In this document: positions 23,701 through 35,700 of the stretch, in pieces
Layout: each line of letters begins with the position of its first letter
Numbering within the stretch: position 1 is the first letter of the stretch
NCBI GenBank assembly: GCA_964199315.1
Contig: OZ116709.1
Span: 18,476,001-18,540,000 of the forward strand
From: Orbicella franksi
Lineage: Eukaryota
Direction: 5' to 3'
Length of the DNA stretch: 64,000 nucleotides
Notes under the pieces: generated by a model
Database searches by the model: none
The model's input: the letters and a program-made list of their open reading frames with translations, nothing else
Told to the model about the DNA's origin: nothing
Position numbers and translations under genes: made by a program

Positions 23701-26700
23701 GGTGGATCCTGCCATGCTTGAAAAGCTGGCAGTGTATATAGCGAGATACAGTTATGACCCCGTGCAGCATTCACCCAATGAAAACCCCGAGATGGAACTA
23801 GCATTCCAGGCTGGGGATTATCTGTATGTGTTTGGTGAGATGGACGAGGTGAGGCTAGTTGTTGAATTGAACTTCTCGTTCTGAGAGGTCTGCCAAGGTG
23901 ACAGATAACAGCAAAAATTAAAACTTATTATTTTTATGCAATGTTTGCACAGTCTGTTTAAATAGAGGTTAAACAGGGCTGTCATTGGAGAGCTTAAGCA
24001 ACGACGACGACGACGCCGAGGATGACGCCTAGTCAAAAATGAATTTATGTTTTACAAGCGAAATTCGTGATTTTCTAGATCTGTTCGGTACGCCAATGAC
24101 CCTAAAAACGTGCTCAGGCTAAATATACAATGACAGCGTTCAATTCCTCAAGGAAACACGAAAAATTAGCTGTCGTTATCCACGTTCAGTAGACGACGCA
24201 GAACTTGGTCATTTCGCGTTGTTATTTTGCAGAGGACGGCAAAGAAATGTACAAAGATTTATAACGCACGTGCACAGCTATTGTTTTCCTCATCAAACCT
24301 TTTGTTTTGTGACGTTCTCGTTGCCGTCGTCGTCGTGGTTTGCTTAAAGCTCCCTAATAGTTGGCATAGCCCATAACACCTGCTATGGTTGATTATGTGT
24401 AACGGGCCCTTGATGCTATGGGTGAACTTGCCTGTTGTTGTTACAATTCACTCGTAAAGTAACAAGCAAATACCGGAAAATTTAAGCATTCTGACGGGTT
24501 TCATCTGACGCTCGGGTGTGAAGCTTAAGGCTACAGGTGTATCAAAACTTAATGACAGCCCCGGCTGAAACGTTTGATTCCTATTCTGGAAAACGCATCT
24601 GAACTCAGGAGCAAAATGAAGGAGTTCGATTTTGAAACTGCGTTGTAAATTTGTCTAGTCAGTCTAGCATAGTGATTCAGTTTCAACATTTTGCGGAACT
24701 AACATTTCGATTTACCAGAACATTGCTTTTGTTTGAAATTTCAGGATGGGTACTTTTTGGGTGAACTGATGAGCGGCCAAAGAGGACTTGTGCCCTCCAA
24801 CTTTGTTGAGAAAGTTGCAGGTAATGTTCTACAACTCCCATTCCACCCCCCCCCCCCCCCGAAACCCCCAATTTGTTGATAAAAGCCACAACAGGTTCAA
24901 GTGCTTTTGTCATGTAAAAGGTAGTTACAATGTTTCAGCCTTTGTATAATTAAGGACTAGTTTCGTGTTTGATATTTTACGTAAATATCTGTAGTGATCA
25001 ATATGATGGCAAAGCGCTCATGTGTTTTTCAGATTTTCTTTGACCTGGCACAGTTGTATATTTCTTCAAGGTGTAAAATATAAGTTACAGGTTACGAGCA
25101 TAAGGTTTTTTGATTTGTTTTTGTTTTCAGATGAGAGTGAGATGAACTTAATGATGAATGGCACAGGAGAAGGAATTGGTAAGATACAATTTGAGCCTGC
25201 GTATTCGAAATTGGTTATTTGAATTCCCCGTTATTTCGAACTCAAAACCATTTCCCTTCAGTCATTTACTATCGGCTATCTGAACTTCGGCTATTTCGAA
25301 CGATTTTTCGTTTCCCCTGAGATTTCGAAATAGCGGGATTCAACTGTAGTGCTAAACTGCAATTGATCAAAAGTAATGTTGGATAAAATGACTGCTCAGA
25401 AATAGATAGGTATTTACAGGATTCTTTTATTCTTTTTGATCTTACGCATAAGTGTTTGCTGCGGTTAAGTGTCTTTATGTGCTTGTATTAAGAACTTAAA
25501 TTCTAAGATTAAAAAGAGTTGTCTTTTTAATAGCATCTGGCTCATGTTTAAATGATTTTGTTGTCTTTTTAGATGAAATTGTAGACAGCAGTGATGAAGA
25601 GGAAACAGATGGTAACCATACTTTTGGTTTAAACAAACTATATTTAGTAGTCTTGTGGTTACAAAATATAAACAGCTGAGCAAAATAATCGTTTATTAAC
25701 AATCAGTTAACTGTTCTGAAATTTATGATTTAAGCTTAATGTTTTAGAAACTGTTTTAATAATCTGAAGGAGAGTAATATCAATGATAACAATAATGACT
25801 ACATTTTCTATATCAAGGGGTTGATTTACCTATGCTAACATAGTTAACTCTAAAGTTACTTAAAATAAGGTGAAGGTTCTAAAAACTAAAACTGGAATAT
25901 GACTTTAAATATCTGCTAGTATCCTCAAGGGCGATTTTCCAATGACTAGTGCTAATCTAAAAGCTATGTTACAATTTGCCATTTAAATGCTCCTGTTAGC
26001 CGCAATGGCTAGGAACTCGGTAAACAGAAATATGACAGAAATTGTTGTGCTACGTGAAACACTTAAAGCTGCTTATCAATGTGAAGTCGACAAAGGTAAA
26101 TTACCGCCGTAGTGAGTTTGTAGAGTTGACGTTTCGAGTGTTAGCAAAGTTTTGCTACGATGAAAGACTAAGGCTGTCAGACAGCGTCCACACTACGCCG
26201 GAGGAATTTGAAAACGCAGGTTTATTTGCCCGGTTTTGGCCTACCGTCCACACTAATCCGGCACGAAAACGGAGCTTTTCAAAATCGCTCTTCAAACCGG
26301 ACGAATTTAAAAAGGCCGGCTTTTCGTTTTCGTCTGGACGGAAAACATTTTGAAAACGGAGCTTTTCGAGAACGATGTTGTCACAGTAATTATGTGACTT
26401 TCCTGATCGAGCTTTCCTCAAACACGAATCCAAAATGACCGTTGATTGTTGCCTTGTTAAATTTCTCCGGCGTAATGTGGACGTAAAACATTTGATACGT
26501 TTTCAAAGTCAAACCTCCGTTTTGAAATTCCTCCAGCGTAGTGTGAACGGGGTCTAACGCTCAACGCGCCAGCTTTACAAACTCGCCACTGCTGTCAACT
26601 TATCTCTATGAACTTCAGTCGGTAAGCAGCTAAGTGAAACACAGATCTAACTGTGTGAAAAAGTGTCATTGGAAGATCTCTCAACTAATTTTAAGGGCTT

Positions 26701-29700
26701 TCAATTAAGGGCTTTTGATAGCAAACTAATCGTGGGATGTAATTGATAAAAAGAACGCCTTTGAGAACATAAAGTTCACTCATCCTTTGTCTTGTTGTAA
26801 CGCTTTATCACTGTTCAGAAGAAGAAAGCATGTCCGAAGATGGCGAAACACAACTCGCGCTACTGGGAGAAAACGGCGAGCGTCAGATGAAACCCGTCAG
26901 AATGCTTAAATTTTCCGGTATTTGCTTGTTCAGCTATTTAATCCACATCATTAAATAATTGCTAAATGTTTTTTTCACGTTTGTAACATTTTAAATTGAC
27001 CTTTCGCGAGAATAAAATATCTTATCATTAGCTTAGGAAAGTCTTATTACACAGCTTATGTTTAACTCTGTGAGGAGATTCATGGGTCTGCTTTTAACCG
27101 ATCAGTAAATTCTCCAAAGGTTTAAAACTCGTAGTCATTCGTTTTCGTGATAAGTAGTAATATAAAGTGCGTGCCATGGAAAGGAAGTCAGTTGTCAACG
27201 TGATTTCGTCTCAAATTTGTGTTAGTGAAAGTACTTCTAAAAAAATTAACTCGTTTTTAACATTTGCCTCCTCTTATACTCTTAACACATATTTTTTTAA
27301 AAAAACATGTGTTGTGATCTTGCAAAATCAGATATGATAATTTAATCGAATATTACTGTTTAAAAAATATGAAATAAAATTCACTTCGTAAATTTTGTGC
27401 GATTTCGAAAAAAGAAAATAAAAAATAAACATTTAATCCCAAAAGCCTGTATATGAAAAGTGATTTAATTTTTGGTGTTTGGAATCCTGTACTAATACGC
27501 ATTTGGCCAAGAAGAAATGCAAAATACATAATGCAGTGATTGTCGTTTGAGTGTTAAAAATTTTGTTATGGTTTGGCACTCATGCGCTCCAGTTGGCGTG
27601 ACTTTTGCGTGACATCGACTTTGGTTTCTTGCGTTAGGTAAACTTCATCGTGCGTTACGCTTGTCAGTGGAACATATACCCGATAGTGGATTACAAGACA
27701 TCCAAGAAGAAGATGAAGAAGGCGTGGAGGAAGACGTAGAGGAAGAAATAAACTCAGAAGATGAACTTGATGAAGAGGACGGATCGAGAGACGCCATGTT
27801 GAACCAAGATGGCGTGACAAGTGATGAAAATGATATTGAACCTTTCAGTAAGTCACGCGATTGCTTGACCTTTCCTTAGCCTGGCTTTGTTGCTCGGAAT
27901 TCTCCCGAAGTGTTTTGTTTGGAGTCTACGTTCAAGTTTAACTTAAATAAAATACAGGCATTTTGATCTGATAAGTAAATGATATGATGCTAAAAGCAAA
28001 ACAGTGGCAGGAATGGGAAGTTCCCTCTCAAGGGGATATCTATGTACGAGGTTGAGAAATCCGAAGTGGTCAAAAGCTATCGCTTTCTTGAGTTCAGTTT
28101 TCAAATAAAAAGTTTTGAACGTAATAGCGGCTAGCCCACCCAGTAGTTCTGTTGTATTTAATGGTATAGAGCTTGAAAGATGTGACAAACAAACTGTATA
28201 TGTGGACCGATGGAGTGTGTCGCTAGTCTTTAGTCGTACTGTTGTCATGTGTATCTGTCTGTTAGGGGTTCCATCTCCCAGGCGGCTTCACCTTGAACGT
28301 CAGTTTACACAGAGCGTGCTCCTGAGTTGGAAGCCCGCTGACTTGCCTGCAGATCAAGTGAAAGGGTACGGTGTGTATGCCAACGGAGAACTACGGCTCA
28401 TGATCAAGGGAGCAAGTAAAACCAAGGCCCTTCTGGAGGGCATTGACCCCGAGGAGGTAAAATTTATCCTCACTTTTTGGTATTACTGTAAAAAGACTTA
28501 AACCGTCGTCGTACGTGTAGCTTGTACAGTTTTAATTTTGAAACTGAAAATGTTTTCTTTTCGTTTTAGACGTATCGGATATCCGTGAGAACTATAACAA
28601 CCAAAGGAGAGGAGTCATCTGATCGTTCAGCTGTGTTAACTGTCGGCAAAGGTTAGTTAACTGAACTTTTGTTTGAGTGTTGGTTATAGATTTACTTCGT
28701 TGTTCAAGTCTTACATGAAATGGGAGTAACTGAAGACAAGGAATGATGTGTCATCTTCGTAAAAGTGATGAAACAAGTTCGAGGAGAGCAAGGAAGAAGA
28801 AAGCTTGGGAAATTTAGCAGGTCAGAACAGACCAAGAGGAGGAAGAAATCTGCATTTCGTTCTTCGTTTAGCCGTCGCGATATTTTTCTCCGTAGTTTTA
28901 TCTGACGGTCAGGGTGTTTTGAAAATATAAGCAAAAAGCAAATTCTGTCACAATAATGTTACAGTCGAATCCCTATCAAGCAGCCACCCTCGGGAAATGG
29001 GAGGTGGCCACTTAATAGGGGTTGGCCGCTTATTAGAGGCTGGTGTGCTTTGAATGTTTTTCACCACCGGGTTAATTTCGTAGTGAACATGGAGTCACTT
29101 CAAGGCAATCATGATAAACGTGTGTTTGAATGTTTTTATCACTCGTCACCTTCTATTTCGATCTCTTATCTGTCATTGCCTTTTCTAAAACAATTTTTTT
29201 AAATTTTGGTTGGCCGTTTAATAGGGGTAAAGACAATAGAAAAACCATTATCGGGACAACCAAAAGGTGGTCGCGGCCGCTTGATGGAGGTGGCAAGTTA
29301 ATAGGGGGCGTTATTTACAGTATTTTACTGACAATAATTTCGGGACTTTGACAACTGGCTGCTTAATAAGAGGTGGCCGCTTTATAGGTGGTCGCTTAAT
29401 AGAGGTTCGACTGTTATGGTAGGGCAGTTTAAACTTTTAACCTATGTGTGTAAAGGTGAGTGTAATTTCTAGTCTTTTAACGCAAGGCTGTTGTTTCCTC
29501 TAGATGCTAACTTCGCTCCAAGCCACGTGCATGTCATGTGCGTCTCTCCGACGTCCGCCAAGATCGAGTGGTCACCAGGCAACAGCTCGTTCAGTCACGA
29601 GATTCTCTTAGATGGCGCCCTTTACAGGACAGTGCGCCCTGGCACATTCCAGCACACGATAACTAACCTCGAACCAGACCAGTTGTATAAGGTCCATGTT

Positions 29701-32700
29701 CGTGCTAAGGACCCTAAGCGAGTGTTGGATCGTGACAGTGAACCCGATATTGAGTTTGATCTTTTGACAGTGGAGGAAGAGTTCAGAACTGAGCCGGGTG
29801 GTAAGTGAACAAGTTTTTCTAAAACTTCGTAACAACTGGTCGAACTTTGAGATAGGTAACGAGAGCAAGTTTTGGATTTGTCTTCGCCACTGGTTATGCG
29901 AGAAGTGTCTCCAGCAACATCTCCCTGCAGTACTCACAGAAACCACTCATTGACCAGAATCAACTTTTTTCTTTTAACATTGGTTCAATTACATACATGT
30001 GCTGATACGAGCAAAATATGGGAATGGACCACTAGAGTATAAACTATGTGAGCACGTGTTAGGAAAATTTCTTCGATGATTGAAGCACGTTGCGGATGAT
30101 GCATAGTGAAAACTTCAGCCTAACATTTTCAAGTTCGTGGCGTGTAATCGGTCATAATTTCCCCCCATCTCAACCGTGAACTAGATGAAATTTTTCGTAT
30201 GGAGGTAATTTCCGCAAGGGTTAACATATGACGTCTCCTTCAATAGCAAATCTCTGTCGATTCCTTAACTGGTTAGTTATGGACATATTCTGTTTTCTTT
30301 TCCAGGTCTTCCAGACCCACCTCTAGACGTCGAAGTCGTGGTGGGTCACTCGAACTCACTCGACGTAAACTGGATTCCAGTGACTATTACAGAGAAGGGA
30401 ACTTCAAACGGGGCTCGCGTGACAGGATACAAAGTGTACATCAATGATTTTCCCTGTACTGAGGTCACGTCACCCACAGCGGATTGCGTGACAGCTGTGT
30501 CGTGGATGGTCGAGCGTGCGGCCAAGAGGAGTCACAGCGATGCTCTTCGTGTTGTCGTTAGAACTCAATCGTGCGAAGGAGAGTCGCCTGATTCTAATGA
30601 AGTTGTTCTGCCTATTGATAAGTTTAACTTCAAAGTAAATCAGGTTATAAAACCCAAAGGAGCAGAATCGCTTGCTCAGAGAACAGACTTGACGCCTGAA
30701 GGCTCTACTGAAGATCACGATGATCAAGACGATTCAACACACGTGGCAAACGGTGTTTCGGTTTCTGACGTGCCGAGAGAACGATCTGATAGTGTGAGGC
30801 GGTTCAGCCGAGATGAAAACGGCCAACCGCTGTTAGTTGTAGTAGAAGAGACTCCTAAACAAACAAACGTTGCCATGGACTACTTAAGCCCGCTAGCGCA
30901 GCCTCGGACTAAGGGAGAACCGGTCGTGTGGAAATACGAGGCCGGGGATGAATCGGAAACTGCCGAGAGCGTTACGAAGAGTGACGGAAGAGCGTCCGAA
31001 GACGAAGATGACGAAGAAGTTGAGATTTGTATTCCAGATGTTTCGGAAGATCAAGCGCCATCTGCAGAGCAGGAAGCGGACGTGAATGGGGAAGAACAGG
31101 GTTATCAACTTCTTGAAGAGGAGGTATGTTATTAATTGTTTTACATTGCTGCTTTCTTTTATCCGCGGTAAGACCGCATCAATTAAGGTGGCTGAACACA
31201 GTTTTGATACCTATGTTTCATTCACCTTTTTCTCCAAAACCCTTGATCCCTCGGTCGCCAAAAATGGCAGCAAGCAAGTTAACAATACAAACTTTGGCTT
31301 TTTGAAGGTTAAGTTGACGTATGTGCCGTTGCCATGGCAACATGAATAAACGTAAACAGGCCTTTAAAATCGGTTTTGTTTATTTGTAGAAAATCTAGTC
31401 ATTAGATTTTCTTTATAATTTGCATGCAACAAGCTTGTAACGATTCTCACAAGTTAACACCATTTTGCTAATAATTTAACAGAGAGATCTTTAATTATCC
31501 CTTGTTGAAGGTTCACTGGAATATCTAGAATTTCCTTTGTTAAAGTTCAGTTATTTTCAATACTCCAGTTACTTATTTCCTAAAGTATTTTCGTGCAAAA
31601 TTTCGTGAAATTCTAATGAGCGGTTCTCGAGAAACAGGCGTATTTCCGAGAGTGCAACTTTTCATTCAATCGCAATTTTTTTACTTACTACGCATGCGCT
31701 GCATTTAACTGGGTTCTTTCGGTAACAAAGAAAAAGCTGAGAATTGCTGGGTTCTTTGCTTCGTTACCTTTTCTAACATATCTTTGTAATAAAAGACTAA
31801 AGCCATCAATACACAGCGTTCATTTATAGAATAAAATAGCACAGATAGTGCGGGTGTTGAGTAAGTAAAATGATCGCTTTATTGACGGCATGTTTGTTTT
31901 TTGCAATCCTTGTGCGCGCGCTGAATTGCATCAGCAAAAGCGCGCGCGAAAACTGTGTTCGGCCACCTTAAAGCTCGAGAAGTAAGCTCAATTGTTATAA
32001 TATGGTTTATTCTGAGGAAGTAAGAAAATTGTGTTCACACCCCAAAATAGCCCTCGACCAAATTAAGATAGCATTACCCTTTAATATGGCAGTCTATTCT
32101 GGAGTTTATTTATTTAGTTATTAAGCTTCGGCCTACTGTTACACATAAAGAAAAAGAAAAAAGAAGAGGAAGCAAAAAAAAAAAAAAAAAAAAACAGACA
32201 GCAAAACAAAACAAAATGGCCAGGGGAGCCGCTACAGCTTAGCCAATTACAGCGGTCCCCTAGTTCATCTATCAATTGTGGAAACGTTTTTAAACAAAAT
32301 CATAATTACTTTAAATGCGCTTTATTTTCCTTTAAATCCCCCATTCGTTGTGCCCTCTTAAGAACGTAGTCTCTCTAGAATGTATAAAAACAGTATTCTG
32401 AACAGTGGAACCTCAAATTGTAACCACCCCGTAAAGACAATTACTTTTTTTTATCACGGCCACATTTTGGACGGAAATCTTAGCTTTCTTATGGTTTGGT
32501 TTATGTAGGATAACGAAGATGAGGAAAACGCGGAGATTCCCGAAGACGCGCACAATTTTGACGAGGAAGTAGGTGTGCTTGCGGACGAAGAGACATCAGA
32601 AATGCAAGAAGAGGAACTGCAGAGGAGTAGAAAGGAGAGCGACTTGTCAGTGACAAGTGATATCGATATGGATGAACTTGAGCGGTCATTAGAAGAGGCA

Positions 32701-35700
32701 CAGAGTATTCCACGAAGCAGTCCTGAGGGGAAAGAGAGCGAAGACAAAAAGCCATTTATTCGACCACTGGAATACGACGAGAGTGATTTTGAGGATGACT
32801 CGAGCGAGCAAACACCCCTCTCTATCATTCAGGAAGAGGATGAGGAAGATCTGTCCGAATCGGTACCTTTTCCGAGCAACATCTCCCGATCTCACTCGGC
32901 TTCCGAAGGGTTCGAGAGCGATGATGACGTCATGGATTTGCTTGAAGAAGACGAGCCGACGGGTCAAGGCATGGACTTCGGTAGTGTTCGTAAAATTTCG
33001 CAAACCGAAAGAACTTCCGTGCAAAACTCTCAGCCCGACGTTGAAACGTCGGACGGTATGGGCTTCGGAAAATACCTAGCGCAGAGTAGCGAGCAGCCGA
33101 AAGTTGACGCTTCTCTTGATAGCATCAGACTTGAAGAGGACCAGAGTGAACTGGGTGAAAATGACGGCTTAGAACACACATACAGTGATACAGAGGCTGA
33201 CCACGGTGGAGTCGAGAGGAGTTCGACTCCTCTTGATGATGAACAGGGGATGGAGCAGCAGGAGGAAGCACTTCGCCGTCCTGTTTACGACGAGGCTGCA
33301 CCGGCAACAGAAAGGCAGGCTCCTTCTGATGAGGGGTACGTCGGTGAAATGGCCCCAGGGGAACGAGTGCGGGTGTTTTTAGCTCTTTATGATTACGACC
33401 CCTCCACCATGTCCCCAAATCCTGATGCTGAAGAGGAAGAACTGGCATTTAACGAGGGAGACCTTATTAAGGTAAGCAAGTGGTGTGTACCGTTTAGACA
33501 GGTGATTACTTAGTACACGTCGTTCGGAAACGGAAGAAATTTAAATCTTATTTGGTCGTGAAATTTTGGTTTGGTGAGGTTTTGGTATTCCGCGACTCAA
33601 ACTTGCATTCTTTACCCGCAAATTGTTAAAATGTAGGAGTTGCCACGGCTTTAATTTTATAGTGGAATTTAGTATAGTAGAAATACCTGTTTCTTTAGCC
33701 GGGTGTGAAGCGCCTATGTTTGTGGTTTTGTTGCAGAAGTAACTTATGAATTAAGATGATCGCAATAGTTTTAACGCTTAGTTAAAGTAAGCTATTTTCA
33801 CGGAGCCTGTTATTGCAGTTCTCCGGTAAAGTACTGCAACTTCAAAGAGGTAACGCTTTTTTTCATAACAGATTTGCGCGTTATCGTCATTTGACTACAA
33901 CTACCAGAATTCCTTTCGTTTTTTCTTTATTATTTAAATTTTGAAGTGTGGGATTTAAATAACAATTTCCATAATTGCCGGAGGATTCTTGTGGTCAAAT
34001 GACGCCATCTTGCAAATCGCCTGTTGCGTCAAGTGACCTGTTTTTCGTGTTTACTAGGTGTACGGGGACAAGGACGAAGATGGTTTCTTCTGGGGTGAAT
34101 TAAACGGCCAAGCGGGTTACATTCCGTTTAACATGGTGTCAGAAATTGAACTGGAGGATGAAGAATCCGTCAGCAATGTAACCACTCCTTCTGTAAATGT
34201 TACCCAAGAATCGACCCAGCCCCCTGAGGAGAGTCCCAGCCAAGAGCCAGAAGCCGTCCCCAGGCCCTCTGAAAACTTGCTTGAAGAAAACGAATTTGAC
34301 GACCCGAGGGAGAGCGACAACTATCAACTGCCTCCCAGACGAATGGTAGCGCTGTTTGATTACGATCCACAGACTTTGTCGCCCAACCCTGATAGTGAGG
34401 TGGGAAAAGATCAGGGAAAATAATAAAAGATAAATAATTGTTAATGGCTGAGTTACTGCTTGGTAGTCCTGTCAGTAATTTTGCGGAGAATGTTGCTCGT
34501 GATGTTACAGCATGTGGCCCCGTTGATTGTAACAGTTACACCGTGTATCTGGTCCGTTATTAAAACGAACTTTAGTCTGTCCACAGACGTTTATTTTTTG
34601 CTACGAGTGATTTTCTTGGAGCGCGCGAGGGATGCGAGGGCGCGAGATTGAGAGCGAGCGTGGAGCGCGTGAGGCCAGGAAGCGGGCGCAAAAAACATTA
34701 TCCTCTGCCACCCCCTTGCATGCGGGCTTTTTCAAATCCCCTCTTGCGATCAAGGCAAAGGACAAAATAGAGGGTCTGAGTACAGACTAAACGAACTCAG
34801 GAATTTGAGGGTATCTCCTCAAAGCTTTTCATTACATGCTTTGAGTGAAAACTACGACATAGCGTTCGTATTTACGTAATCTTCTCATTTGTTATTTCTC
34901 AGGTGGAACTGAAGTTTAGGGTTGGAGATGTTATCTATGTGTACGGTGACATGGACGAGGATGGCTTCTTCTCGGTGAGTGAAATCACGTCACCGTGAGC
35001 GCCGTTTGAGATTTTGAAAATGGTTGTCCGTGAATTGCAAAAAGTAGCGTTTATAAAAGAATGTATGTATGGAACAAATGTTGGGAAGTTTCCTTTGTCG
35101 AATTTGCACGGTATTTATTTGCTTTTTTTCTTGCCTTGCAGGGTGAGCTCCGTGGAGTGCGCGGTTTGGTTCCCTCGAATTTTCTTGAAGATTTGTCCGA
35201 TCCAGATGACGTTCCCCACCATGACAACAGCAATGACAGCGATGTAACAGTAAGTTGATTCACTTCTATCTCGTCTGACTTGTTGACGTTTTTTACATCT
35301 GGGCTCTCTGTAGCTCTTCCTGTCGGCGTTTATTGATTTGTGTCATTCCTGGTAGAACTCATGACGTTATCGATCGTTCGTTCATGCCTCTTTTTGTTTA
35401 ATTGTCTCGAACTTCCCTGATCTAAGAGTTGCTTGTTTCCTCCGCAAATATGTCCTATGTTTAAAGTTTCAATGACTTACTTTGGCTACGCTCACCACTT
35501 TGAGTTCTCCTTTCATCAAACAGTGATGTCTACGAATTCTAGTCTTATAGTTTTAACTTTTCGATGAAATACGTAAGTTTAGATCAAAGACAACCGCAAA
35601 TGTAAAATTATTCTATAAATTTCCACCCGAGATAAACACAAGTTGAAGGTATATGGTTGATCCCCGAGATAAGGAACCTTAAATATTGATTTGTTTTTAT

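Noticed and set aside
26042-26438. Three overlapping ORFs of 76-103 aa
   Set aside because: They lie within a non-autonomous MITE and show no transposase motifs.
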